Assembly: GCF_020745735.1 (NCBI RefSeq)
Contig: NW_026867516.1
Span: forward strand, 675,144-739,143
Source of the DNA: Hemiscyllium ocellatum
Taxonomy: Eukaryota
Reading direction: 5' to 3'
DNA: 64,000 nucleotides
In this document: piece by piece, positions 11,331 through 24,339 of the stretch
Layout of the letters: every line of letters begins with the position of its first letter
Numbering within the stretch: the stretch's first letter is position 1
The notes under the pieces: generated by a model
Databases searched by the model: none
What the model saw: only the letters and a program-made list of their open reading frames with translations
Told to the model about the DNA's origin: nothing
Made by a program: the position numbers and the translations under genes

Positions 11331-12769
11331 AACATTATTACAACATTATTTCCCATTGACAAAAATACATTCACACTGCCTGATTACCTTGAACGTATAC
11401 AAGTGCCCTGTCATAACATCTTTATTTATAGCTTTCGACATTTTCCCTATGACATATGGTAAGGGAAATGGTCTGCAGTTTCCCATTCTCTGTCTCCCTT
11501 TTTGAAGAAAAGAGTTTACACAATTTAAAGAAACCTTCCCTGAAACTAATGACGTTGTGGAAAATTAAAACCAATGCGTTAACTATTTCACTGGTTAGTG
11601 TTTCTTTAAGAGTCTTAGATGAAATCTTTCAGGTACCCGGAAGTTGTCAAATCATAGTTCCAACAGTTTACTCAGTACTACTTCCCTGGTAATTGTAATT
11701 TTCTTCAGTTACTTCCTCCCTTTCAATTCCTGATTTACAGCTAGTTCCAGGGTGTTACTTGTATCCTCCCTAGTGAAAACAGATTCAAGCTCTTTTTTAA
11801 TTCATTTGCCATCTCTTTATCCTCCGTTATTGAATCCACAGACTAATTTTCTATAGAACCAACACTTACTTTGTTAACTTTTTAAAAGAAAGCTGAAGAA
11901 ACTTTCCTACCTGTTTTTGTATTTTTGGCTAACTTTCTAACCCTAATTGCTGTGCTACTGCCTGCATTATTTCAGCTGTTTTGCCCCAGCTCTCAACTCG
12001 AGCATCAACCTCTCTGCTTCTTCTATTAAACTTACCTTGATTAAGTGTTGCAAAACACACAAGGACAAGTTTTTCCTCTCCAGAATGTCTTGGTACTTAA
12101 AATGATAAAATTCACTTTGAAATATTGTTCATTCAAACTTTACTAAGCACATCCTACAGATTCAAAATTCAACAATGAGATGCACTTTTGTTACAATCAT
12201 TCAGTTTGAAGAAAAAAACTATTAACTTTGAAGAGAAGTTTGAAAACCCAGTCATTAACTGGAAGAACAGCTCTTTTTTTTGTTTAAAAATGTGAAAACC
12301 TAATCAACAGGAGTAACTTAGCAGAATAGTGTGTATGGCATTAAATTGTAAATCTAGTTTTCTTTCCTTCCCTGCCATAGTTCCCACAAATCTTTATATG
12401 AATCTTGATAGTTCATTCACTTTTTGGGAATAGTCTAAGACAGGCAATATCTTTCTAGGATTCACTTGAATTCTTCTCAGGATTCCAAGAACATCTGGTA
12501 ATTTTATGAGGATGCCTCCATTAGCTTTTGGCTAAGTGAACTTCTAGATTTCGTTTGAGACTTCAAGGTTTAGACTGATCAGTTTGAATGTTGGTTGGAA
12601 AAACCTCTGGTTCCTCATGGCTCTTTGTACTTTTAATCTCACAGCACCTAGTGTGTGAGTGACTAAGCTGCTGCAGAACACAAACTGCTTTCTGTCAGCA
12701 ATGCAAACTCCACGGTGGGTTGTTTGAGTGTTCTTACCATCTGGAAAAATGATGGGGCAATCTCAGTCA

Positions 12770-13165
12770 GGATAGCACAACAACACTCCTTCTCAGGAGG
12801 CTCACGCAATTCGGTATATCAATAATGACCCTCACCAACTTTTACAGATGCACTATAGAAAGTGTTTTATCTGGATGTGTAACGACCTAGTCCAGCTACT
12901 GCTTTGCTCAGAATGGTAAGATACTACAGAAGGTTGTATGCACATTGCAGACCATCATGGAAGTCAACCTACCCTCCACGGTCACCACCTACACTTCACT
13001 TTGCCGCAGAAATGCTGCCAAAATCATCAAATTCTCCTCCAACCCCCTAATGCTCTCTCACAACATCTTTGGTCAGGCAGAAGATACAGAATCTGGAAAC
13101 ACATGCACCAACAGGTTCAGAAAGAGCTTCTTCCCTGCCATTGTTAGACTGATGAATGGACTCTC
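12770..13165 (+). mobile_element. Rex1/Babar LINE 3' fragment
   Basis: Decayed LRRL..FG, NFYRCTIESVLSGC and TNRFRKSFFPAIVRLMN motifs. Confidence 0.7.
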
Positions 13166-13784
13166 TTTGTACGTATGGAATGATCTGCAGATAAAGTGGT
13201 GGAGGCTGATACAATTACAATATTTATAGGGGATCTAGATGGGTGAATGAATTAGGAAGGGTTTACAGGGATGTGGGCAAATGTTGGTAAATGGGACTAG
13301 ATTTATCCAGGTTAACTGGTCAGCATGAACGAGTTAGACTGAGGGGTCTGTTCCCATGCTGGACATCTCTATGTCTCTTTGTCCAGTGCCCACTTACCGT
13401 CCCCTTCGATAACAGCATAATTGGAAGTATATGACATAGCTGCAACACACAATTACGACAATTAATTATAATCGAATGTGAGAAAACCACGAAAAGCACG
13501 TTGAATGTTTAACAATTTAATAACACTGGACAAATCTCTGACCCTTTTCACGTTCTAGTTCTGATAAATGCCATGAGGATCAGAAAGCCTTATGAGAGAG
13601 CGAATCTGAAACCCCTTCGCTTGCATTCTACACTCTCCGCCGCCAATTGGTACAAGTGTACAGTGCCTTCCCTCTTCTTTCTCCTTCCCAGGATGAGGAA
13701 TAGAAAGTGGGGGGATATTGCTTTGCTCCCAGATGTTGCTCAGAGTTGGGGGTATCAGTTTGAAACTGATCGGGCTACTTCCGC

Positions 13785-14091
13785 ATTGTGACGTTCACGT
13801 ACGAAGGCGGGACGTCCGGAGGTAGCCGGCCGATGACAATCCCGTGTTCCAAGATGGTTCTCTCCTATTGGCCACATGTCATGACATCACACAGGTCAAT
13901 TGTGAGCCAATTGGAATGCCTGGATGGCTGGAAGGCGATTGTTCCGCGTGTCAATCAGAGCCGCCGTATTGACTGACTGCGGAAGTTTGACCAGGAGCCT
14001 CTGAAGCTGATGTTACTCCTCTCCCCGCTTCCCCCCGAATTAAGGTTGAGCTTCAACTCGGACTGCAACTTCCTTTCTCTGTCCACCATCT
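13785..14091 (+). promoter_or_regulatory. ZNF promoter and non-coding exon 1
   Basis: TGACGT, CAAGATGG (YY1-like), CCAAT-type boxes, CGGAAGT (ETS). Donor ATCT|GTGAGT at 14091/14092. Acceptor TTTGCAG| at 14727. Confidence 0.65.
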
Positions 14092-15071
14092 GTGAGTACG
14101 GCACTTTCTTTTTTCACCCCCCCTTTCCATTCTGGGGTTATACTGCTCGGTTACTGACTCTTTATTCCATCCAGTCCATGCTGAACGTGATTCTAAACTA
14201 ACTAGTCTCCACCTGCCTGGAAGTGGTCTCCCATTTCAGGGAGAAATTAGGAATGTATTCCTTTCTTGTTAGTCTATGGAATGCTCCCCCACAGATAGTA
14301 ATGGAGACTGGCTCATGGAATATATTCAAGGCTTAATTGAAGAGAATTTTAAATGGCAGGGATATGAAAGGTTACTGAGAACAGCAGGAAATGGAGTGAA
14401 GGCCAAAGCAGTACTGACATGGTCTTTGGAACAGCAGAGCAAACCCCAGGAGCTGAATGGCTCACTCCTGGTTCAATCTGTGACAAGCTGTGTCCAGGGC
14501 AGGAAGAGGCGAGCATAGATCCATCAGTCAATATTTTTCAGCATTTATGGAGAATTTGGAACATGGGGCAATAATACCTAGTGAGGATGGAGGGAGACTG
14601 TGGTATTTAGATTCAAATTCTGGGGGGGAGGGAGAGCAGAAAGAATGTTCCACAGGAACCAAAACTGTCTGTTTGGAGTTTCTATCCTGCGTAGACAGTG
14701 ATGTCTTCTGTAATCTCCATTTTGCAGGATATGAGAACGGATGGAATTGCAGCCAGTAATCTCAAAACAAGATCTGATCGAGCCAATCGATTCACTGGCA
14801 CAGGAATGTTATCAGCCTTTTGAATCTCACTGGATATTTTATTTGTCTTCTGTCCTGCCTGCTTTGAAAGGTTTCAAACTTCAGTGAGACCGAAGTACAC
14901 AGACCTCAGTGAGCGTGTACCAGTGAACTGACTGTAGGAAGAGCTTTAAGCGGGTACAAAGACTGAAATAGCAACACCTCATTCGCAGCAGCAAGACATA
15001 GAACACGTTCTATTTGTGAGTGGTCCTTCAACTGGTTGTTGACACTAGAGGGCGGTGGGGATTCCCACGTG

Positions 15072-15872
15072 ATGGAGAAACAGTGGAAATGTGGGGACTG
15101 CGGGAAGGAATTCAACTTCCAGAGTTTGCGAAAGCCATCGCCACCATCACACTGGGGAGAGGCCATTCACCTGCTCAGTGTGTGGGAAGGGGTTCACCCA
15201 TTCATCTGCCCTGGTGACCCCCCAGCGGGTCCAGACGGGAGGACAAGGCCTTTCACATGCAACGTGTGTAGGAAGGCGTTCGTTCAGTTATCCACTCTGC
15301 ATAGTCACCAGCGGGTCCACTCTAGGGAGAGGCCTTTCACCTGCTGTGTATGTGGGAAAGCATTCAACCGGTCTTCCAACTTCCAGAGTCACCAGTGGGT
15401 CCACACAAGGGAGAGGCCGTACACCTGCTCTGTCTGATGGAAGGCGTTCGTTCAGTTATGCACCCTGGTTACCCACCAGCGGGTCCACACCAGGGAGAGG
15501 CCGTTCACCTCTGTGTGTGGTAAGCACTTTCAGCGCTTCATCCACCCTGCAGTGTCACCGGGGAGAGACTATTCACCTGCTCCATGTGCGGGGAGGGCTT
15601 CAATGATTCATCTTCTCTGCAGAGACACCACGGGTCCACACCGGGGAGAGGCCGTTTACATGCTCCATTGGCGGGAAGGCATTCATTCAGTCCTCCAACC
15701 TGCAGAGTCACCAACAGGTCCACACCGGGGAGAGACCATTCGCCTGCTCAGTGTGTGGGAAGGGGTTCATTGATTGGTCTTCCCTGCGGAGACACCAGCC
15801 TATCTACAAGTGCGGGAAGGGATTCAGTCAGTCATACCATCTGGTCAGACACCAATCCAGTCACACTGAGTA
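15072..15872 (+). pseudogene. C2H2 zinc-finger pseudogene (~9-10 finger units)
   Basis: [12 protein letters not shown] start and TGERPF linkers spread across three frames. In-frame TGA at 15435-15437. Confidence 0.85.
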
Positions 15873-18539
15873 GCAAACGTTTGGATGCTTTGTGGGTGTT
15901 ACTTGTATTAATATTCAAGAGGGCATACATTGCCTGGTGAGTTGAGCAACTGTTAAGACACACTTACTGATTTGGAACATGGACTGAAGTCAGGAGGTGT
16001 ATATCTGTCATGTTTGACGCTGAAGAAACCTGCCCTGTGTAAAGATTGGCTCCGGTTTCTCCGACCCCACAAGGCTGGCAGGACGATGACGTGGTGTGAG
16101 ATATTGTATTGTAGGTCTCTTTACTAACCCACTCTCAAACTCTTTCTATTAAGTCATTCATAAGTCTTTTCTAACTTGCTCACAGGAGCCCTGTATCTAA
16201 TAATATTGCATTCCCATTTCATTCACCCAACTCTTTCCTGTAACATAGCTTGCTTCATTCATTCATTCACTCACTCACTCACTCACTCACAGTTTTGTAG
16301 TATATTTTACTATTACAAAATAGAATAAGCTAAAACACTCATTACTGCTTTTTCACACCTTCATCCCTTACCAGCTCTTGCTACAAGCAGTGTTTAGGCC
16401 TATTTCTGCATCAAATGCTACCTCTCAATAACTGTCAACATGTTTTCAGAACAATACCTCCCTGCCATCTTATCACCATGAAAGAATACGATATTAATCA
16501 GCCCTTGCCAACCATCTATCAGGACCTGAATAAATACATCAATACATAAATACATCAGTTTCCCTGACTCGCAGCCACTGTCCCCTTTAAGAAGCTGACT
16601 ATCGAGACTGCGCTTCCATGAAATTGCAGGAATGAATGAAACTCTCACTGGCAAATACTAAACAAGTCTCCCAACCCAGCTGCAGTAAACAGTTTAATTC
16701 CGTTTATTCTTTTATTCAGTGCAGGTACAATGGCTAACTTATTTAGAGCACACAGGCCGAGTAATTTTACTAACATTTGCTGACTTAAAAGACAAAAGGA
16801 CTGTCACCTCTTAGTTCTGCAAGCAGACCACACAGACAATCTCAATCCCATCGGGAGTAGCAGCCAGCGTTTGTGTACAATAGATAAAACAATGGGACAC
16901 CATAGTGATGGAGTGTTAATCTCTATAAGAACTATGTGTAAAGAGGCTGCTGTAAGGATGGTATTTCGGGTTTCCATCACCACCTCAAACTTGTACAACT
17001 TGTGGTTGCTGAATAAAGAGGCTGTTTTCACCAGTTGCTGATTTTGGTCGCTATTTGAACACGATCCCACAACGGGAACAGAGAATTCTTGCCCAGTGCT
17101 GAAGGATGGATAAAAAGGAAAACTAAAGTTTCTGACGGCGGCTGACAATCCGAGTGGTGTTTGTGAGAAATGCCCAGAGCTATGTGGAAATTGTCAGGGT
17201 CTGGGTGACCCAACGATATTCCCAGGCTCTGAGCCTCACAACGAGTGGCAAGGTAGAGGACAGAATGTGGACACGGGTTATGACCCCACTATAGAGCTGG
17301 ACAGCACAGAAACTGACCTTTCCATCCAACGTGGCCATGATGGCCAGATATCTGAAATTAATCTCATCCCATTTGCGTGCAATTGACCCATATCTCTCTG
17401 AACTCACCTCTCCATCCAGATGCCTTTGAAATGTTGTAATTGTACCAGTCCCACCACTCCCTCTGGTAACTCATTCTGTACGTGCACCACCTTCTGTGTG
17501 AAAAGGTTGCCACTTAGATCCCCTTCTCTCTCTTTTCCCTCCTTCCCCCCCACCTTAAACCTATGTCCTCTAGTTTTAAACACCAATGAGTCTGATTCCT
17601 TGCTGTACAGCTCTATGACTCTTGTGTAAGTGATAATATATTGGTGGTACACACTTGATGGGCCACAGGGCCTTTTCTGTACTGTATGATTCTGTGATCA
17701 GAAAACTCCCGTTGGGTTCCACAAAAGCATGTCTCTCTGTGCCTTTCTGAAACAGACACCATTTATAACAGATTAATGCAATAATAACCTTAACATGGAA
17801 TTTAAGAACAGACATTCCATTTGAGCACGTTCCTTCTGTGCTGAAACCATTCTGTTGTTTGTGGGAGATCAGGCTGAGGAGCTTTAACTATTTAGGTTTA
17901 GATGTTACGCATATAAGTCTGGAATAACAGTAGATTAGGAATCGTGTTCAGAGAGAATAGTACTCCAAGCCTTTCTAATCCTGTTGTGTTAACGAGAGAG
18001 AGAGGATGTCGCGTCTACAGATCCGACAGAAGAGTTGTGCAGCTTGTTCGGTCAGTTGAGTTGGTTCTGCTCTCAGACAAGACTGGATGTTAATTTTGAT
18101 GGATTCCTATTAAACACTACATCAGAACACTCCAAATCCAAGGAATGTGTCATGAGCAGATCAAAGATAACATTTGGAGAAATAGGTCCTGACATTTCTA
18201 TCTTTGTGTGGGCTGGGTGGGGGGAGAAGTCTTCACATCAGGAAACATGCATGGAATGAGAAACAGTTCATGTCCAAAGTCTGATTTCACTCTTGTTCAG
18301 AACTGAATGGTGCTGGAAAATGCTCGTTTTTATGTCCTTGCCAGAGGGGAGAGTAAGAGCGAGGGTAACATGGTGAGAGTACCTAGAGCCAAAGGCAGAG
18401 ATTGGTAATGATGGTGAAGAAGCGATTGAGGTATCATATAGGTGTTAATGGAAGGGAGAAAGCATCCACACTGCTCAGAACAAAGTCAACAAGACCCACC
18501 TGTGTGGGCAAATGGAACAAAATTGGAGAAGACTAAGCA

Positions 18540-19260
18540 GGGCAGATTGATACAGTGAATGTATCAGCTGCTAAACAAATAGTCCCAGGAATGCAGCACA
18601 TAATTCCTTGAAAGTGGAGTTGGAGGAAGACAGGATTGTGAAGAAAATGCTTGCTTTCGTTGATCACAGCATTGAGGAGAGGCGTTGGGACGTCCTGTTG
18701 TGGCTGTACAGGACATTGGGATGATTACTTTTAGGACACGGCATGGCAGTCTGGTCACCATTCATTTGGAACGACCCTGTTAAACTTGAGAGGCTGCAGA
18801 AAAGATTTACAGGGATGTTGCCAGGACTGGAGGTTTTGACTTATAGGAAGATGCTGGGGCATTTTTACCCTGAGCATCGGAGTTGGAGGGGTGACCTTAT
18901 AGAGGTTTATAAAATCATGAGGGGCAAGGATATGGCAAATTGCCAAGGTCCTTTTCCCAGGGATGGGGAGTCCAGAGCTAGAGGGTATAAGTTGAAGGTG
19001 AGAGGGGGAAAAATTTACAAAGGTGCAACTTTTTCCTGCACAGGGTGGTGTGTGTGTGAAACAATCTGCCAGAGAAAGTAGTGCAGGTGGGTACAATTAC
19101 AACATTTAAAACCAAAATATTCCTCCAGTCACCTTTTAAAGGGATATGGACCAAATCCTGGAACTTGGGACTGGCTCAGATTGGGATATCTGGTCAGCAT
19201 GGATGAGTTGAACCGAAGGGTCTGTTTCCGTGCAGAGTGACTCTATAAGTCTATAACTCT
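18540..19260 (+). mobile_element. CR1 LINE 3' fragment
   Basis: WSPF..KLERLQKRFTGMLPGLE..RGDLIEVYKIMRG, with (GACTCTAT)-type tail. Confidence 0.85.
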
Positions 19261-19284
19261 ATTACCAAAACCAGACCTTTTTAC

Positions 19285-19675
19285 TGATGATCTTCCTGCT
19301 GGGTTTTTAGTGTACCCAATTTCAGGAGATTTGTGGTGGGTAAAAGTGGCACATATCCCTGATCCTGGGAATCCTGGAAAATATTAAGGGGCTGTTAAAT
19401 GTACTCCAACTTTGGGAACACTGGGTCTTGTGGAAGCTGTGCATTTGTCAAATATTTTCAGAAATTCTCTTCAACTGGCAGACTACAAACAATTTTCCCA
19501 TGGAATGTTACACAGATATTAAGAATGTTACCTTGTAAAACGTTTTCCTGAAAATGAAGAATTCAACTTGCTGACATGAAACAAATGTTGGAGAGAAAGG
19601 AAACTGCCAAGATCAAAAAAGTTGATGAAAGTCAACACTTGGATCTAGAAACACCCAGAAGAGGGGTGTCTCATA
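19285..19675 (+). mobile_element. Decayed Ty1/Copia (GalEa-like) RNase H fragment
   Basis: Frameshifted pieces AGFLVY, WESWKILR/AVKCTPTLGTLGLVEA, IFSEIL..PMECYTD and IQLADMKQMLERKETAKIKKVDESQHLDLETPRRG follow the order and pattern of GalEa RNase H motifs. Confidence 0.55.
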
Positions 19676-20589
19676 CCTATTCCTTCAATTAGTTTTGAAA
19701 TATTGTTTGTGTGACTTAATAATTAAGTCATACCCAGCACATAGAAAGATGGCTATGGGTATTGGAGGTCAGTCATCTCAGCTCCAGGACGTCTCTGCAG
19801 GAGTTCAGAGGGTAGTGTCCTTGGCCCAACCATCTTCATCAATGACCTTCCTCCATCATCAGAAGTGAAGATGTTTGCCAATAATTGCACAATGTTCAGC
19901 ACGATTTACAACTCCTCCCAAATTGAAGGAGTTCAGTTTGAAATGTGACAAGATCTTAATAATATCCAATGGGTTGGTGAGTGGCAAGTAACATGTGCCA
20001 TGCAAATGCCGAGCAATGACTCATCCACAAAAGAGAGTTTGACCACTGCCCCGTGATATTCAACAGTATTACAGTCACTAAGTGCCCCACTATCAACATC
20101 CTTGGGGTTTACTATTTACCAGAAACGCAACTCGACTAGCCACATATATATAGTGGCTAGAAGAGCAGGTCAGAGGTCAGGAATACTGCAGTGAGTAAGT
20201 CCACTCCTGACTCCCAAAACCTGTTTATCTTCGACAAGGCACAAGTCAGCAGTGTAATGGAATACTCTCCCACCAGTTTGGATGGGTGCAGCTTCAACAA
20301 CATTCAAAAAACTTGATACCATCCAGGATTACATCAATGCACATTGCTGACTATAAACTGAGAGTTTAAAACAATTCATTTTAACAAGATTACTATAGAT
20401 GTATGCTGGAGATATGGTGAATTATAAATGGAGTCTATGCCGAGCAATCTGCCTCTTGTTAATTATTGGTTAGTAGTTGTTTTCTGTGTAAATAGCAATT
20501 TCAATTATCCATTGATTTGATTTAAGGGATGAAAACAGCATAGGATTTTATTACTTTAAAAAATAATATCTAATAATTAGAAAGATCTG

Positions 20590-21710
20590 ACGTTGAATTT
20601 CTCAATGCTGGATTCTAATGGAAATGGGTCTCACTGAACTGGGAAAAAAACAACTCTGCAATCCACTTAGAATAAATGAAGATTAGAAACTTTATAGATC
20701 AAGTGAAGATTTTTTGAACTATTTTAGAAAAGTTGAATTAGCAATTTATGAAAGATGTTCCAGAGCTACTAGTAGCAGCTCAAGGCATTGGACATTCAGT
20801 TTTAATCTGTGAACCAGGACATTCAATTGATGAAATTCAGTTTTGAAACCTGTACTGAGTATCTCGCACTTTAATTGCTTACACAGCCCCTAGTGGTCAC
20901 AATCTATCATTCCATGTTAAGGTTTGAACCCAGCTAAAGCATTTAATTCTGCTCTTTTTGGGTGTAAGACTACCCTAGCTCCATGGGAAATCAAACTAAG
21001 AATTTAGTTCAAAAATAAGAAAAAGTGCAACTGGGAAAAATTGGGTTGAGACTGAGGGAATGGTGTTGAGTGGAATGCGAAGGCCGTTAGATGCTTGTTG
21101 CTTCTGATCTTTAAATAACCTAGGAATCAAAACCAATTGCAGTCTTTATCAAATTTCCATAAAACTACAATAGACAGCATTATGTACTCAGTAAGTGCTA
21201 AAGATATACAGGCGATTTAAATGAGTTATGGGAAAGAAAATGAGTGAAAACTAAAATTTAAACTGAGATTAAAAGTTATTCTCATGAGTCAAACGATTGT
21301 ATAACTGAGGAATGATAGTACGCTGTTTGTCCTGTTTAATGAGACATAGTTTTGAAGTATTGGGAAATATAACCAGAACACTGGGACAAGAGCATTTTCG
21401 CCTTGTTTAAATATTGCTGCTTATCTGGGACAGTATGTTCAGTTTAGTTACAAAAAATGGATAAATATTTTTTGGGAAATTTGGAAATGAGAGCAGCAAA
21501 TGTGAAGATGAAGGATGTGCTATGGGGAATTTTGGATAAGTATAATGTTATAGCATTAAAAAAGAGTAAGAGATACACAAGTTTAGGTTGCTAAGGAAGG
21601 ACGATCAGTTGAACTGAAGCTTGCATTTGACAAATAGGAAGCAAATATGCCAATACACAAGTCTAGGAAACTGAGATCTGTGTTAACTGAAGCCAAGTTT
21701 TTAAATACTG
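20590..21710 (+). mobile_element. Possible highly decayed GalEa-like gag-protease
   Basis: TELGKKQ, KIR, TILEKLN*QFMKD (gag-like). ALFKYCCLSGTVCS..KKWINIFL at ~21400-21480 resembles the protease AVLDxGCxxTVCGxxW pattern. Confidence 0.3.
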
Positions 21711-22439
21711 TTAGGTTGGTTGAACACATCACTGCTTAGGCTGCTTTTGGAATATTGCATGCAGTTCTGGTCTCCTTCCTATCGGAAGGATGTTGTGAAA
21801 CTTGAAAGGGTTCAGAAAAGGTTGAGAAGGATTTTGCCAGGGTTGGAGGATTTAAGCTATAGGGAGAGGTTGAATAGACTCTGGGTGTATTTCTGGGGCA
21901 TTTGAGGCTGAGGGGTGATAAAATTATGAGGGGCATGGATAGGGTGAATAGACAAGGTCTTTTCCCTGGGATGGGCAAGTTCAGAATGAGGGCAGAGGTT
22001 TAGGGTGACAGGGGAAAGATATAAAAAAGACCTAAAGGGCAACTTTTTCACTCACAGGATGATGCGTGGTTGGAATGGGCAACCATTGGAAATGTTGGAA
22101 GCTAGTACAATTGCAACATTTTAAAAGTCATCTGGAAGGGTATATGAATAGGAAAGATTTGGAGGGATATGGGCTGGTGCAGGCAGGTGGGATGAGATTA
22201 GGTTAGGATATCTGGTCGGCATGAACGAGTTGGACCGAAGGATCTGTTTTCATGCTGTACATCTCTATGACTCCATGACAAAGTAGCCTGCTTCATTGGC
22301 ACCATATCCACATACATCCACTCCCTCTGCCCCACTGTTCAGAAGCAATAGTGTCTACTATCTATAAGACGCACCACAGAAATTCACCAAAGATCCTTGG
22401 AAAATGCCTTTCAAGTCAACAACCATCTCCATCTAGAAG

Positions 22440-22635
22440 TGATTTGGAGATGCCGGTGTTGGACTGAGGTGTTTAAAGTTGAAAATCTCACAACACCAGT
22501 TTATAGTCCAACAGGTTTATTTGGAAGCACTAGCTTCATACTCCACAACCACCTGATGAAGGAGCAGCGCTCCAAAAGCTAGTGCTTCAACATATACCTG
22601 TTGGACTCTAATCTGGTATTGTGTAATGTTTAACC
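22440..22635. mobile_element. Fold-back family-B mini-element with hammerhead in the loop
   Basis: Inverted arms ~22476-22535 and ~22575-22635. CCTGATGAAGGAGCAGCGCTCCAAAAGCTA at ~22552. Direct repeat CCATCTAGAAG at 22429-22439 and 22636-22646. Confidence 0.75.
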
Positions 22636-23199
22636 CCATCTAGAAGGACCAGGACAACAGATACTTGGGAACACAACCTTTTGCAAATAACTTCCTAGCC
22701 ACTCACCATCTTGACTTGGAAACCTATTGCTGTTCCTTCAGTGTTGCTGGGTCCATGTCCTGGAATTTACCTCCCTAAAGGCATTGTGGGTCACTGTACA
22801 GTGTGTGGACCACAGCAGTTGAAGAAGGCAGGCCACCACCATCTTTTCAAGGGGAACTAAATGCTGGCTAGCCAGTGATGCCCATGTACCACGAGTAATG
22901 TTTAATAAATGATCGAAACAGAGGGTTTGAATCTGCAACCTAAAGAAAACACTAGAAAAGAGAGATAGATGGAGGGCACTGTTTCGGTCCTTACTTGAGG
23001 ACAGAGAAAGTGATATACTGACACTGAATTGGAAACAGAGTTTAGAATTAAACACTTGTAGTGTTTAACTCAGTGCATAAATCGAAACTCGATTAAAGAT
23101 TGGCTCTTGACATATACTTCACCAACACATCAATAGGATGTTAAGAAAGCATGAGGAACACTGGATTTCACCACGTTAATGGCGGCTGTAGCTCCCACA

Positions 23200-23460
23200 A
23201 TCCTATGCGGTCCAGAAATTACTATCTGCCGGCAGTGCGGATGCATGCAGTAATGGAGGTGCTGGTGCGCATGTGTGAGATCGACATAAGGCCCCGCCTC
23301 TCATTGTTTTGATGGACGGGGATTCGACCTTTGGTCAACCCTGGAGGACCGGAAGGAGATTGGTCCTCCTGCCAATCAGAGCCCCGCCCCCCATGCTGCT
23401 CTTTTTCTGAATGAAGAATAAGCTTTATCCCAGCCTTCTTCTGTCCAACATTTGTGAGCA
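23200..23460 (+). promoter_or_regulatory. Orphan ZNF promoter/exon-1 copy
   Basis: GGAGGACCGGAAG..GGTCCTCCTGCCAATCAGAG, donor weakened to GTGAGC (23454). No downstream finger exon before the next promoter. Confidence 0.6.
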
Positions 23461-24339
23461 CAATGCTCTGTTTTCTCACCCTCCCCTTCCTTTTCCATTT
23501 TTTTCTCTCCCTGGGGTTTAACTGTTGGTTTGCAGGAGCTGGAGGGAAAGCAAGTCAATCCGGAGAAGCGGATAGACGCTGGAAAATGTTGGTCCAGATC
23601 TGTGTGACAGGCTGTGTTTCCTCAACTTGACACATTTAATTGTCTCTTGATCTGCCATAAGGACAGATGCAAGTATACTGAATCTATATGAGAAATAAAG
23701 TGCTGGCCAGGAGTCAGATTCCCACTGAGGGCTGTTTGTGAGAGCATTTTGATTTGATTTAATTTGATTTATTGCCACGTGTACCACGTTCAGTTGGTAG
23801 AGTTGTGGATTGTGTGCAGGGCTGTTGTAGGTTGCAATGAGACATTGACAAGATGCATAACTGGGCTGATAAGTGGCAGATGGAGATCAACCTGGAAAAG
23901 TGTGAAGTCATTCACTGTGAAAGGTCAAATTTGAATGCAGAATACAGAGTTAAAGGCAGAATTCTTGGCAGGATGGAGGAACAGAGGGATGTATGGACCC
24001 ATGTCCACAAATCCCTCAAAATTGCCACCCAAGTTGATAGGGTTGTTAAGAAGGTGTATGTTGTGTTTGCTTTCATTAGCGAGATATTGAGTTTAAGAGG
24101 TGCAAGGTTATGTTGCAGCTCCATAGAATCCTGGTGAGACCACACTTGGAATAATGTGTTCCATTCTGGTCGCCTCATTATTGGAAAGATGTGGAAACTT
24201 AAAAAAGGTGCAGAGGAGACTTACTTGCATGCTGCCTGGGCTGGAGGGTTGAGGCAGCCAAGGCTTTTCTCACTGGAGTGAAGAAGAATGAGACATGACT
24301 TGATAGAGGTGTGCAAGATATTGGGGATGGGGGGTGTGT

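Larger units (their letters stand above)
19730..22900 (+). mobile_element. CR1/L2-group LINE RT-3' fragment split into 19730-20329 and 22277-22900
   Basis: GV.QGSVLGPTIF, MFANNCT motifs. Left part ends ...ACCATCCAGGA and resumes GACAAAGTAGCCTGC at 22277. Confidence 0.6.

Noticed and set aside
16420-18500. Non-repetitive-looking stretch, possibly LTR or coding relic
   Set aside because: No termini, TSD or protein motif that I could support; it needs a database search.
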